In this document: positions 24,134-32,000 of the stretch, in pieces | Numbering within the stretch: position 1 is the first letter of the stretch | How the letters are laid out: each line of letters begins with the position of its first letter | Source of the DNA: Edaphobacter aggregans | Lineage (GTDB): Bacteria; Acidobacteriota; Terriglobia; Terriglobales; Acidobacteriaceae | Assembly (NCBI RefSeq): GCF_003945235.1 | Contig: NZ_RSDW01000001.1 | Location: forward strand, 2,370,001-2,402,000 | Length of the DNA stretch: 32,000 nucleotides | Reading direction: 5' to 3' | Notes under the pieces: model-generated | Databases searched by the model: none | What the model was told of the DNA's origin: nothing | The model's input: only the letters and a program-made list of their open reading frames with translations | Translations under genes and position numbers: made by a program

Positions 24134-24406
24134 CTATGCCGTGGGAGGGACGTATTCCTTGGGTAAGGAGCCACCTTCGCCGAAGAAAAACTCGTTCATT
24201 TGTTCGACGAGGAACTCCTGTGCTTCGCGGGTCCAGGGTTGGAGGCGGTACTCGTTTAGGAGCATTTTTTGGCGCTCTACCCACTCGCCCCAGGCTTTCT
24301 TGGAGACGTTTTTGTAGATCTTCTGGCCGAAGTCGGAGTCGAAGGGTGGTTCGTCGAGGCCTTCCATTTCGGCCTTGTATTTTGTGCAGAATACGGTGTG
24401 GGGCAT
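24134..24406 (-). CDS. yggX: Fe(2+)-trafficking / oxidative-damage protection protein YggX
   Basis: The 90-aa product MPHTVFCTKYKAEMEGLDEPPFDSDFGQKIYKNVSKKAWGEWVERQKMLLNEYRLQPWTREAQEFLVEQMNEFFFGEG... is collinear with the E. coli YggX pattern as I remember it (xxIFCTxxxxEAEGLDFxxYPGELGKRIYxxISKEAWxxWxxxQTMLINExxL). Confidence 0.85.
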   Translation of the reverse strand: MPHTVFCTKYKAEMEGLDEPPFDSDFGQKIYKNVSKKAWGEWVERQKMLLNEYRLQPWTREAQEFLVEQMNEFFFGEGGSLPKEYVPPTA

Positions 24407-24555
24407 TCGCTGTGAACTCCTTGAAAGTCCTATTTTACGACGGAATTTTTTGCGCGTGGTTTGTGGTGTTTCGATCGTGGTTTTTTGTGGTTTCTTGTGG
24501 GAGTAAAGTGTGGCAATCGTGGAAAGCGGACACCACGTCTGAGGTCTGGTCTGGA

Positions 24556-26727
24556 TTATGGCCGGGGGAGATCCAGCAGGACTACATCGGAGCGCTCCTG
24601 TTCTCTTTCGAGAACGACTTCATGGCCGTCCGGGGAGATGTCGAAGTCGTGAATATCGAAGTCTGAGGGTAGGTGGGTCAACTGCCGCTCGGAACCTGTG
24701 TCCAGATCGATGAGCCAGAGATCCTTATGTTGAATGTCTCCTCGCAGGACCACGAGTGCGCGTCCTCCAGGCAGGAAGGCGAGGTGTCGGGCTCCGCGAG
24801 TCAAGGTCAGGGCCGGCAGAGGATGCGGTGCGGCGTCGCCGGTGGCGGCCTTCACCGAAAACGTGGTGCCTATGTCGGGTCCCGAGTAGACGACGAGGCG
24901 TCCTTCGGGCGCCCACGCGGGATCAACTGAATAGTCCCGGAGAAAAGAGGTGGGAGGATGGCCGTCGACAGGCACTCGAAAGAGATGTGGGACGCCGTGA
25001 TCAAGCACTGCAGAGGTGATGGATTGTCCGTCGGGCGACCAGGCTGGGGCGCCCTGCAGGTTGAGCGAATCGGAGACGATCCGAGCGTTCGTGCCGTCGG
25101 CCTGCATCACGTACAAGAGCGTTTGCCCGTGTTGGCTGACGGAGAATGCGATATACCGTCCATCGGCAGAGATTGCCGGGCCGCCGAAGATTCGCGCGCC
25201 CTGACCGCTCCACAACTCGGTGCCAGTTCCGTTGGCGAGCTTCCAGATGCTCTCGGTCGTGCCAGTTGCAGAAACATAAACGAGATAATCGGAGCCCAGT
25301 CGCGGGGAGAACCCCGTGCTGGTCGTTAGCGAAATTGGAACGGCCGCCGACATTTCCGTGGCTGAATCAGCGATGGGCAAACGCCAGAGCGTTCTCTTAG
25401 GGCTGGCGAGCGTGGCAACCAGACGGCGACCGTCTGCGCTGGCCGACAGCGACGTGTACCGGTCGAAGCCAGAGGGCAGACGGTGGGGAATGCGGTGCTC
25501 GACGTCCACGCTATAAAGCCCCGGCCCCGAACCATCGGAGTCGGTAGCTAAGTACATTAACGTTCGCCGATCCAATAGGACCGGATAGCTTACGCGCGTA
25601 TTGTGCGACGTGATCCGTTCGGGAGTTCCTCCAACTGAAGGGATGCGCCAGATGTCTAATTTGTCTGGGAGGGTGCCTTGGACGAAGTAGATGAATTTCG
25701 TGTCGGCCGACCACAAAGGAAAGTGAGAGTGCAGTCCGGCGGGGGCAGTGAAGATGGGCCGACCTTCGGGTCGCTGGGTGCCGTCTGATACGAACAACGG
25801 ATCTCCGGGGCCGGGGGTGTGGTATGCGAGTCGTGATCCGTCGCGCGACCAGTCGAATTCGGCCGCGCCTTCGAGGTAGGGTTTCGGTTCTCCGCCCAGC
25901 GTGGGGACTGCCCAAGTGCCGATGGCATAGCCGCTTGAGCTATCTTGCCTGCGAACCCAGTACGTGACGAGAGAGCCGTCGGGCGCGAACCCCAGAGTAC
26001 GGATCGACGGGTTGGCGAGCTCCGGCGCGCTGCCGCGGGTCAGGTTGTGGAACTGCCCGGAACCCACCTGCGTCACCCAGACGTCCATCGGTCCGTCCCG
26101 GTCCGACAGAAACGCCACAAAATGACCGTCGCGTGAGACCGCAGCGGCCTGCTCCACTCCGCCGAAGTCCGTGATGGTCTGAAATCGTGCGTCGGCGATG
26201 GGGTTTCGCCAGAAGCGCTCCGTCCTCTGGAGCCAGAGCGTTGCGGCGGCCATTGCCAGTACAACTGCTGCCAGGAGCGCAGCCAGCAGGCGGGTGGAAA
26301 GGACTCTCTGCCGGGCAGGTTGAACGACAGGGCTTGCAGGTGCCTGAGCTGGCGGTGGTGGCGGCTGTACCTGCAGATTGGAGTTGCCATTGCTGGTGAT
26401 GACCGGAGCGGTGAAGCGGTATCCCTTGCCGACTACGGTTTCTACGAATCGAGGTTTGTCGGGGTCGTCGCGCAGCACCACGCGGATCTTGCGGACGGCG
26501 GTGTTGATGCTGTGGTCGACATCAACGAAGACGTCCTTGCCCCAAAGGGATTCAGCAATCTCCTCGCGCGATACCAATTCCCCGCGCCGTTGAACCAGCA
26601 GGATCAGCAGGTCCATGGGGAGTTTTTCCAGACGCAGGAAGTGTGTGCCCCGTTGGAGCCGGTAATTCGACTGATCCAGCGTGAAATCGCCGAAATGGAA
26701 TTCCTGGGGCGTAAAAATCCCCCGCAT
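24556..26727 (-). CDS. Membrane-bound one-component regulator: CadC/OmpR-type winged-helix DNA-binding domain + TM helix + periplasmic TolB-like (PD40/WD40-like) beta-propeller, 723 aa
   Basis: N-terminus FGDFTLDQSNYRLQRGTHFLRLEKLPMDLLILLVQRRGELVSREEIAESLWGKDVFVDVDHSINTAVRKIRVVLRDDPDKPRFVETVVGKGYRF. Pro-rich linker. TM helix LLAALLAAVVLAMAAATLWL. Repeated ...SPDG..[IL][AV][FY]... propeller blades (AVSRDGHFVAFLSD, FAPDGSLVTYW, WSRDGSRLAYH, ISADGRYIAFSV, WSPDGQSIT, ISPDGHEVVL). Confidence 0.85.
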   Translation of the reverse strand: MRGIFTPQEFHFGDFTLDQSNYRLQRGTHFLRLEKLPMDLLILLVQRRGELVSREEIAESLWGKDVFVDVDHSINTAVRKIRVVLRDDPDKPRFVETVVGKGYRFTAPVITSNGNSNLQVQPPPPPAQAPASPVVQPARQRVLSTRLLAALLAAVVLAMAAATLWLQRTERFWRNPIADARFQTITDFGGVEQAAAVSRDGHFVAFLSDRDGPMDVWVTQVGSGQFHNLTRGSAPELANPSIRTLGFAPDGSLVTYWVRRQDSSSGYAIGTWAVPTLGGEPKPYLEGAAEFDWSRDGSRLAYHTPGPGDPLFVSDGTQRPEGRPIFTAPAGLHSHFPLWSADTKFIYFVQGTLPDKLDIWRIPSVGGTPERITSHNTRVSYPVLLDRRTLMYLATDSDGSGPGLYSVDVEHRIPHRLPSGFDRYTSLSASADGRRLVATLASPKRTLWRLPIADSATEMSAAVPISLTTSTGFSPRLGSDYLVYVSATGTTESIWKLANGTGTELWSGQGARIFGGPAISADGRYIAFSVSQHGQTLLYVMQADGTNARIVSDSLNLQGAPAWSPDGQSITSAVLDHGVPHLFRVPVDGHPPTSFLRDYSVDPAWAPEGRLVVYSGPDIGTTFSVKAATGDAAPHPLPALTLTRGARHLAFLPGGRALVVLRGDIQHKDLWLIDLDTGSERQLTHLPSDFDIHDFDISPDGHEVVLEREQERSDVVLLDLPRP

Positions 26728-26901
26728 ATTGCCTGACGTGCGCTGCGGGAATGATGCCCCATTCTTCGATAAGAAGCAACCACATCAGCAACTTAGGAAG
26801 TTACCTCATCTTTACCTCTTCTTCATATGACGTGCATGGCATTTCAGACGGTTTTTAAGCGATAAGCGAGCTGGCAATTACTGAGCCTTGGAGGATATGT
26901 G

Positions 26902-27489
26902 ATGACGAACAAGTATTTGAGGTGCTTAACCCAGGTCGGAGTCTTCGTGCTGGCGGTAAACATCGGCGCGCTGGCCCAAAATTGGACGCCAGACAGATTA
27001 CCGGAGAAATTTAGCGGGCAGATCAATGCCTATACGCCCACAACAACCAAAGCCCCGACGGGACCGTATGAGATTCGAGGGTCATGGTCCATGAATTTAA
27101 AGAGAGAGGGGACGAAGGCGGATTTTTCCGCTGCCGTGAACATGATCCTGTCCGATGGTTGGGTCTTGACGAACTCCACTGTCCCGCCCAATTTTGATCC
27201 GAGCACGAGGAATGCCCATACTCATCACATCACGATGACCGATGCCGAGGTTACGATGCTTCCGAACAATGCCATTCAGGTGTCCGGCACGGCCACGGTA
27301 ACGCTCAATGGCGGGCCTACGCCCTTTGCGCAACAGTCGCCTTTGACAGTGGTCATTACGGGGGGCGGCACGGGTCCCGACGACGTCGAATATTCCAATG
27401 TCACATTGACTTTTGCCAGTCCGGCCTCTGGGCATTTTGGAACTGAGCCTCTGCCGGGCGTTGTCCGAAAGGTTGAAAAACGGAAGTAG
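26902..27489 (+). CDS. Secreted hypothetical protein (about 195 aa)
   Basis: The track ORF starts at GTG 26899. The ATG at 26902 lies 7 nt after GGAGG (26890-26894). Signal peptide MTNKYLRCLTQVGVFVLAVNIGALA/QN. No family recognised. Divergent from the CadC-like regulator. Confidence 0.65.
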   Translation: MTNKYLRCLTQVGVFVLAVNIGALAQNWTPDRLPEKFSGQINAYTPTTTKAPTGPYEIRGSWSMNLKREGTKADFSAAVNMILSDGWVLTNSTVPPNFDPSTRNAHTHHITMTDAEVTMLPNNAIQVSGTATVTLNGGPTPFAQQSPLTVVITGGGTGPDDVEYSNVTLTFASPASGHFGTEPLPGVVRKVEKRK

Positions 27490-27555
27490 TGTAGCGCGGC
27501 GGCTTTATCCGATTTGGGTACTGTCGCCGTTGCTGATGGCTGAGACGCTTTAGGC

Positions 27556-30339
27556 TTACTTTCGCTTGCCCTTGGTTTTCTTGTTGCGCTCGCGGGATTT
27601 GGATTTGGTCTTGCCCTTTTTGCCGGAGCGGTTGGGGCTGGGCTTGTTCGAAGGAGTTAATTCTGTGGCGCTTCGGCCTATCTTCGGCTCACCGGACTTG
27701 CCGGTGCGGCGAGCCGAAGATGGGGTGCTCGGTTCTTCGATTAGTGCGAACTGCAGGCGGCGCTGAGGGCGGTCGATGCGGTCGAGGAGGACGTGGACGC
27801 GCTGGCCGATCTTGAAGACTCGGCCGTTGCGGGCGCCGGCGATGGTGCGGTCGGTGTCGCGGAAGAAGTAGCGGTCGTCCTGCAGGGTGGCGATGGGGAC
27901 GATGCCTTCGATGAAGAGTTCGTCGAGCTCGACGAAGAAGCCATACTTGGTGCAGGAGAGGATGATGCCGGTGAAGTCCTCGCCGATGCGGTCCTGCATG
28001 AATTTGATTTTTTTCCACTCGATGAGCTCGCGCTCGGCGTCGTCGGCTCGGCGCTCGGATTGGGAGGATTCGGTGGATATGGCTTCTAGTTCTTCGGCAG
28101 GGAGGTCGGGGACACCTTCCTTTGAGATGTGTGGCACTTCGGACGAAATGCGGGGGTTCTTCCCCTTCGGCTCGCTCAGGGTCAGAATGACAGGCTTTTG
28201 TGGTTTTTCGCCCCAGGGTTGGGGGTCGGTGCTTAGGATGGGGTCGCCCTGGGGGTTGGTTCCGGCTTGGAGGAGCGAGCGGAGGAGGCGGTGGACGATG
28301 AGGTCGGGGTAGCGGCGGATGGGTGAGGTGAAGTGGGTGTAGCTGGGGGAGGCGAGGGCGAAGTGGCCTACGTTCTTTTCGCTGTAGCGGGCTTGTTTGA
28401 GGGAGCGCAGCATGAGGTAGGAGAGGATGCGCTCTTCGGGCTTGCCGGCGATTTTGGCGGTGAGGCGCTGGTACATCTGGGGAGTGACGGGGATGGATTC
28501 GGCGACTTCGTGGGTTTTGACGGAGTGGCCTCGGGTGGTACCGCGGTCGTTTCGGCTGCGGGCGTCGCGGCGGTCGCCTTTGGTCTGGATGCGCTTGACG
28601 GGGAGGCTGGAGAAGCCGAGGGAGTAGCCGAACTGGGCGGCGGTGTCTTCGAAGTCGATGATGCGCTTGGGGTCGGGGGTCTCGTGGATGCGGTAGATGC
28701 CGGGGATGGCTTGGGCTTCGATCCAGTGGGCGACGCACTCGTTGGCGGAGAGCATGAACTCTTCGATGAGGCGATGGGACCAGCCGCGCTCGGAGCGGAC
28801 GATGGCTTGCATGTTGCCGTCGGGATCGAACTGGACGACGGGCTCGGGGAGGTCGAAGTCGATGGAGCCGCGGCGGTGACGCTTGGCGTTGAGCTTGAGG
28901 GCGAGGGCGTGCATCTGCTCGAACTCGGGGACGAGGGTGGCGAATTGCTGGCGGGTGGGTTCGTCGCCGTCGAGGATGGCCTGGACCTGGGTATAGGTCA
29001 TGCGGCTGGCGCTGCGGATGATGCCTTCGCAGATCTCGTAGCCGAGGACTTCTCCGCGAGGGTCGATCTCCATGAGGCAGGAGAGGACGAGGCGGTCTTC
29101 GTTGGGGCGGAGGCTGCACATGCCTGACGAGAGGTCGGGCGGGAGCATGGGGATGGCGCGGTCGGGGAAGTAGACGGAGGTGCCGCGGAGACGGGCTTCG
29201 AGGTCGAGCGCGGTGCCGGGGCGGACGTAGTGGCTGACGTCGGCGATGTGGACCTGGAGTTCGAAGTTGCCGTTGGGGAGGGGGTGTACGAGGACGGCGT
29301 CGTCGAAGTCGCGCGCGGTTTCGCCATCGATGGTGACGATGGGGAGGTGGCGGAAGTCGCGGCGGAGGTTGAGGTCGGCTGGGGGGAGGGTGTCGACGGT
29401 TTGGGTGGCGGAGGCTGCGGCTTCGGCGAGGACATTGGTGGGGAAGGTGTGGGGGAGATGGTGCTTGCGGATGATGATTTCTACGTCGACTCCGAAGGCG
29501 TCGGGTGGTCCTAGGACTTCGAGGATGCGGCCTCGTGCGGGTCGGCCGGGTGTGGGGAAGTCGGTGACTTCGACGTCGACAGCGAGGCCTTCAAGTGGGT
29601 TGTGGCTGGCGTCACGTTCGGGGTCGGCCCAGCTTCGTTGCTGGATTTGGGCCTCTTCACCGAGGACGCGGTGTGGGGTTTGTTTTGGTGTTGCGGGGAT
29701 CTCCATGCCCTCAGGGATGAGGATGGGTTGGGTCATGCGCTCGTCGAGCGGGGTGACGTAGTTTCCGTTGATGAGAGGCATGTGCTCCCACGTGTTGGTG
29801 CGACGGTGGGAGCGGGCATAGTGGAAGATGCCGACGACGGTTGGGTTGCGGCGGGTGAGGACTCGGGCTACCCGGCCGGAGCGGCGGCCTTCGCGGTCGC
29901 GGGGAGCTTCGTCGACGAGGACTTCGTCGCCTTGCATGGCTCCGTTGATCTCGTTGGGGGGGATGAAGAGATCGTCTTCGCGGTCGGTGCTGCCGTTGGG
30001 TCGGACGAAGGCGTATCCGTCGCGGTGCATGTCGATGCGTCCGGCTACGAGGCGGTCGCGGGTGACACGATGCTCTTGCGGGAGGTCGACGGCGTTGCGG
30101 GGTGGGCGGGCGGTGCGTTCGGGAGCGGCTGAGGGGATGGCCCACTGCTCGCTTTCGGTTTTGACGAGGTCTCCGCGTGCGGTGATGCGGGCTAGTTGTT
30201 CGAGAAGGAGGCGACGTTCACGGCCTCCGCCGAGGCCTAGTTCGCGGATGAGTTGCTTGTAGCCGGCGCGATGGCCGGCGGAGCGCTCGATGCGGCGGAT
30301 GAGTTCACGGTCGCTTTGTGGGTATGGGTGGCCAGACAT
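27556..30339 (-). CDS. rnr: Ribonuclease R (3'-5' exoribonuclease, RNB family), 927 aa
   Basis: N-terminal HTH-like region, then cold-shock-like domains. RNB catalytic motifs (IDGETARDFDDAVLV, HFTSPIRRYPDLIVHR). S1 domain (FTGIILSCTKYGFFVELDELFIEGIVPIATL). Lys/Arg-rich tail (GKKGKTKSKSRERNKKTKGKRK). Confidence 0.93.
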   Translation of the reverse strand: MSGHPYPQSDRELIRRIERSAGHRAGYKQLIRELGLGGGRERRLLLEQLARITARGDLVKTESEQWAIPSAAPERTARPPRNAVDLPQEHRVTRDRLVAGRIDMHRDGYAFVRPNGSTDREDDLFIPPNEINGAMQGDEVLVDEAPRDREGRRSGRVARVLTRRNPTVVGIFHYARSHRRTNTWEHMPLINGNYVTPLDERMTQPILIPEGMEIPATPKQTPHRVLGEEAQIQQRSWADPERDASHNPLEGLAVDVEVTDFPTPGRPARGRILEVLGPPDAFGVDVEIIIRKHHLPHTFPTNVLAEAAASATQTVDTLPPADLNLRRDFRHLPIVTIDGETARDFDDAVLVHPLPNGNFELQVHIADVSHYVRPGTALDLEARLRGTSVYFPDRAIPMLPPDLSSGMCSLRPNEDRLVLSCLMEIDPRGEVLGYEICEGIIRSASRMTYTQVQAILDGDEPTRQQFATLVPEFEQMHALALKLNAKRHRRGSIDFDLPEPVVQFDPDGNMQAIVRSERGWSHRLIEEFMLSANECVAHWIEAQAIPGIYRIHETPDPKRIIDFEDTAAQFGYSLGFSSLPVKRIQTKGDRRDARSRNDRGTTRGHSVKTHEVAESIPVTPQMYQRLTAKIAGKPEERILSYLMLRSLKQARYSEKNVGHFALASPSYTHFTSPIRRYPDLIVHRLLRSLLQAGTNPQGDPILSTDPQPWGEKPQKPVILTLSEPKGKNPRISSEVPHISKEGVPDLPAEELEAISTESSQSERRADDAERELIEWKKIKFMQDRIGEDFTGIILSCTKYGFFVELDELFIEGIVPIATLQDDRYFFRDTDRTIAGARNGRVFKIGQRVHVLLDRIDRPQRRLQFALIEEPSTPSSARRTGKSGEPKIGRSATELTPSNKPSPNRSGKKGKTKSKSRERNKKTKGKRK

Positions 30340-30532
30340 CTGTGAGAAGGATAGCGCGTCGAGGGTAAGGCTGGGTAAAGGCGGGTTTCTCCGCTGCGCT
30401 GCTCACGATGAAACTGTGAACAGCTTCGGTCGCAATGACGCTTTTTAGAGAGGGATAAGTAAAGGCAACAACAGAAGCAGATCCCTATGGGATGACAAGC
30501 AAGAAAGGCAACAGCAACGGCAACGGCAACAA

Positions 30533-31378
30533 TCAGCGTTGAGCGGCGAGGGCGGTGGGCTCTCCCTTGAGGATCGTGGCTGCTTGTTCGAGTGTGGTTG
30601 CCGGAGGGGTGGGGCGGAAGTCGGTCTTTACTTCGTCTTCCTGCTCGTGGATGTTTTTGAAGAGGAGGACGTGGCCGTCTATGTGGATGTGGGACTCGGT
30701 GATCTGCCAGACTTTCGGGGCGAGTTCGCGACGCTCGATGTTGAAGGTGCCACCCTGGTACATGCGGCCAAAGAGGCCATAGGCGAATTTGACGTCGTGG
30801 ATGAGCTTGCCTTTGATGGACTGGATGCGATTCTGCGGCTTGCTGACGACGATTTCGCCTGCCATGGCGGCGAAGACGCGAGCCTCCATGGACGGTGCGG
30901 TGAAATCAGGATCGGGAGTGAAGGCCAGGGTGACGGCGTCGGGGGCATCGCTCTTCACGGTCCAGAGGAAGGCGTCGGGCAGGAGACGCAACATGTTCTC
31001 GGCGCGCTTGTCGTCCTGCTCACCGTCTTTGCGCTGCTTGGCTTGCTGGGCGGGATCGTTGACGAAGGACTGGATGCGGGCGTCCTCGGCTCGAAGCTGA
31101 TCGGGGGTGAGGGGCTGGCCGTTCTGCTTCAGTTTTTTCTTTATAGAGCCGTGATCGGTTTCGACGACATGGAAAAGAAACTCTCCATCGGGGTTGCTGT
31201 AGAGGTCGCGGTAGCGCCAGCGGGAGTGATCATCGCGGTCGGCGGTAAGCTCGGTTTGTACGGCAGCGCGGACGATGGCCTGCGCGTGGGGATCCTGATG
31301 CTGCGCATAGAGAGAGATCGCAGGCAGGGAGAGTACAAGAGCAAAGACCAGGGAAACAAACCGCATGCATGCAGGCAT
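30533..31378 (-). CDS. Secreted hypothetical protein (about 281 aa)
   Basis: The track ORF runs 30533..31423. The likely start is MPACMRFVSLVFALVLSLPAISLYA/QH at comp 31376-31378, with AGGAG 11 nt upstream; the ATG at comp 31364-31366 is an alternative. The mature part is hydrophilic and I do not recognise a family. Confidence 0.6.
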   Translation of the reverse strand: MPACMRFVSLVFALVLSLPAISLYAQHQDPHAQAIVRAAVQTELTADRDDHSRWRYRDLYSNPDGEFLFHVVETDHGSIKKKLKQNGQPLTPDQLRAEDARIQSFVNDPAQQAKQRKDGEQDDKRAENMLRLLPDAFLWTVKSDAPDAVTLAFTPDPDFTAPSMEARVFAAMAGEIVVSKPQNRIQSIKGKLIHDVKFAYGLFGRMYQGGTFNIERRELAPKVWQITESHIHIDGHVLLFKNIHEQEDEVKTDFRPTPPATTLEQAATILKGEPTALAAQR

Positions 31379-31581
31379 CGTCTTTACGACTCCTGTATCG
31401 ATTAGACGCATTGTAGCGCGCACGCGTTCGCCGATGGCGTGGTTTCAAGGAGCTACGGGCGAAACGGTGCTGAATCTATATTTTGCGGGAACGCTGCGCC
31501 AACAAATGAGTGTCCTTCATAGCCTTTTCTGGCTGGGTTGTTCGCGATATAGAGGATTGATCTTTCTTCGGGTCCTTACGC

Positions 31582-31611
31582 AAAAAAGGCTGCGAGATTC
31601 GTCTCGCAGCC
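31582..31611 (-). terminator. Rho-independent terminator downstream of the 31644.. membrane-protein gene
   Basis: GGCTGCGAGA (31588-31597) / ttcg / TCTCGCAGCC (31602-31611). On the minus strand the stem is followed by TTTTTTG (comp 31582-31587), 33 nt after the stop. Confidence 0.8.
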
Positions 31612-31643
31612 CTTCTGTTTTGGATTTTGGTGGGGATTAGAAA

Positions 31644-32000
31644 TCAGGCCAGCGGAAGGTGCTTGTCCTGCGACTCGCGCAGGCTTTCCGCAATGCTCGC
31701 CGCCAACGCGGGGAGACCGAAGAGCGCGCCTGCCGTAATGGCGGTCGACATGACGTCATTGGCGTAGAACGGAATCGCCGCGACATAGCAAGCCGCAAGA
31801 CCGGCCAGCGAGTGCGGATACATGCCGCTGCCCGCCCAAACCATGAAATTGCTCAGGATGAAGAACGACGTTGAGGAGGCCAGAACAGCTCCGCCCACAC
31901 GCAGCATGGAGGGCTTGCCGCTCAGCATCTGGTGGCCGAGGAGGCAGATGGCCGCGTACCAGGCCCAGGTGACCAGGTAAGCGCTGGCGTGGAAGGCCGC
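31644..32000 (-). CDS. Integral membrane protein, 3' portion (DUF6580-like putative transporter component); gene runs off the right edge
   Basis: The track ORF 31644..31928 starts at an internal Met. My translation stays open to base 32000 (AAFHASAYLVTWAWYAAICLLGHQ-MLSGKPSMLRVGGAVLASSTSFFILSNFMVWAGSGMYPHSLAGLAACYVAAIPFYANDVMSTAITAGALFGLPALA...). It is hydrophobic throughout. The family assignment is from memory of the FLxSNFxVW...YPxxxxGLxxCYxAAxPF pattern. Confidence 0.65.
   Translation of the reverse strand, partial: AAFHASAYLVTWAWYAAICLLGHQMLSGKPSMLRVGGAVLASSTSFFILSNFMVWAGSGMYPHSLAGLAACYVAAIPFYANDVMSTAITAGALFGLPALAASIAESLRESQDKHLPLA

Noticed and set aside
27689-29127. 476-aa Pro/Arg-rich minus-strand ORF and 264-aa Gly/Ala/Val-rich plus-strand ORF inside rnr, plus 29711..30145, 29828..30262, 29602..30132 and others
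   Set aside because: They are alternative-frame or antisense artefacts of a very GC-rich gene. RNase R motifs unambiguously identify the 27556..30339 frame.
30539-31405. 288-aa + strand ORF
   Set aside because: It is antisense to the 30533..31378 gene, which has a signal peptide and normal composition. The + ORF is Gly/Val/Asp/Glu-rich shadow sequence.

Overview
GC-rich bacterial chromosomal window. The gene content looks Acidobacteriota-like: a >1100-aa CarboxypepD_reg-type TonB-dependent receptor, a CadC-like/TolB-propeller one-component regulator, a DUF6580-like membrane protein and giant YVTN/FG-GAP/Ig/MBG exoproteins. This taxonomic guess is inference only.

Layout, left to right:
- 1-450 (-): 5' part of a SAM-dependent methyltransferase.
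- 622-13388 (-): two consecutive paralogous two-gene cassettes. Each is a giant secreted beta-propeller/Ig-like/MBG protein (1423 aa and about 2057 aa), followed 8 nt later by a small 8-strand-type outer-membrane beta-barrel gene. A ~1.1 kb gene-free spacer separates the cassettes.
- 14209-15312 (-): an IS110-family transposase with strongly structured non-coding flanks.
- 15749-19192 (-): a TonB-dependent receptor.
- 19434-21583 (+): a divergent DUF4118-type histidine kinase and OmpR-family regulator pair.
- 21618-21965 (-): a small hypothetical gene.
- 22324-23774 (+): a frameshifted large serine recombinase that reads into the 3' end of tRNA-Pro(GGG) (23748-23824, -).
- Right third, housekeeping-like genes: yggX, a CadC-like regulator, a small secreted protein, RNase R, a secreted hypothetical protein and a partial membrane protein.

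The most interesting signal is the duplicated cassette. The two giant proteins carry unrelated propeller passengers but share three things: a conserved MBG-Ig stalk, a peculiar C-terminal tail, and an identical translational-coupling junction to a paralogous barrel protein with a surface-loop CGC motif. The tail consists of a hydrophobic helix, an Arg cluster, a second helix ending in a lipobox-like [IV][AS]GC, and a terminal beta-hairpin. It appears to be inserted inside the last Ig-like domain. I cannot match this layout to any sorting or secretion system I know.

All calls come from reading the sequence and the ORF track. No database search was possible.
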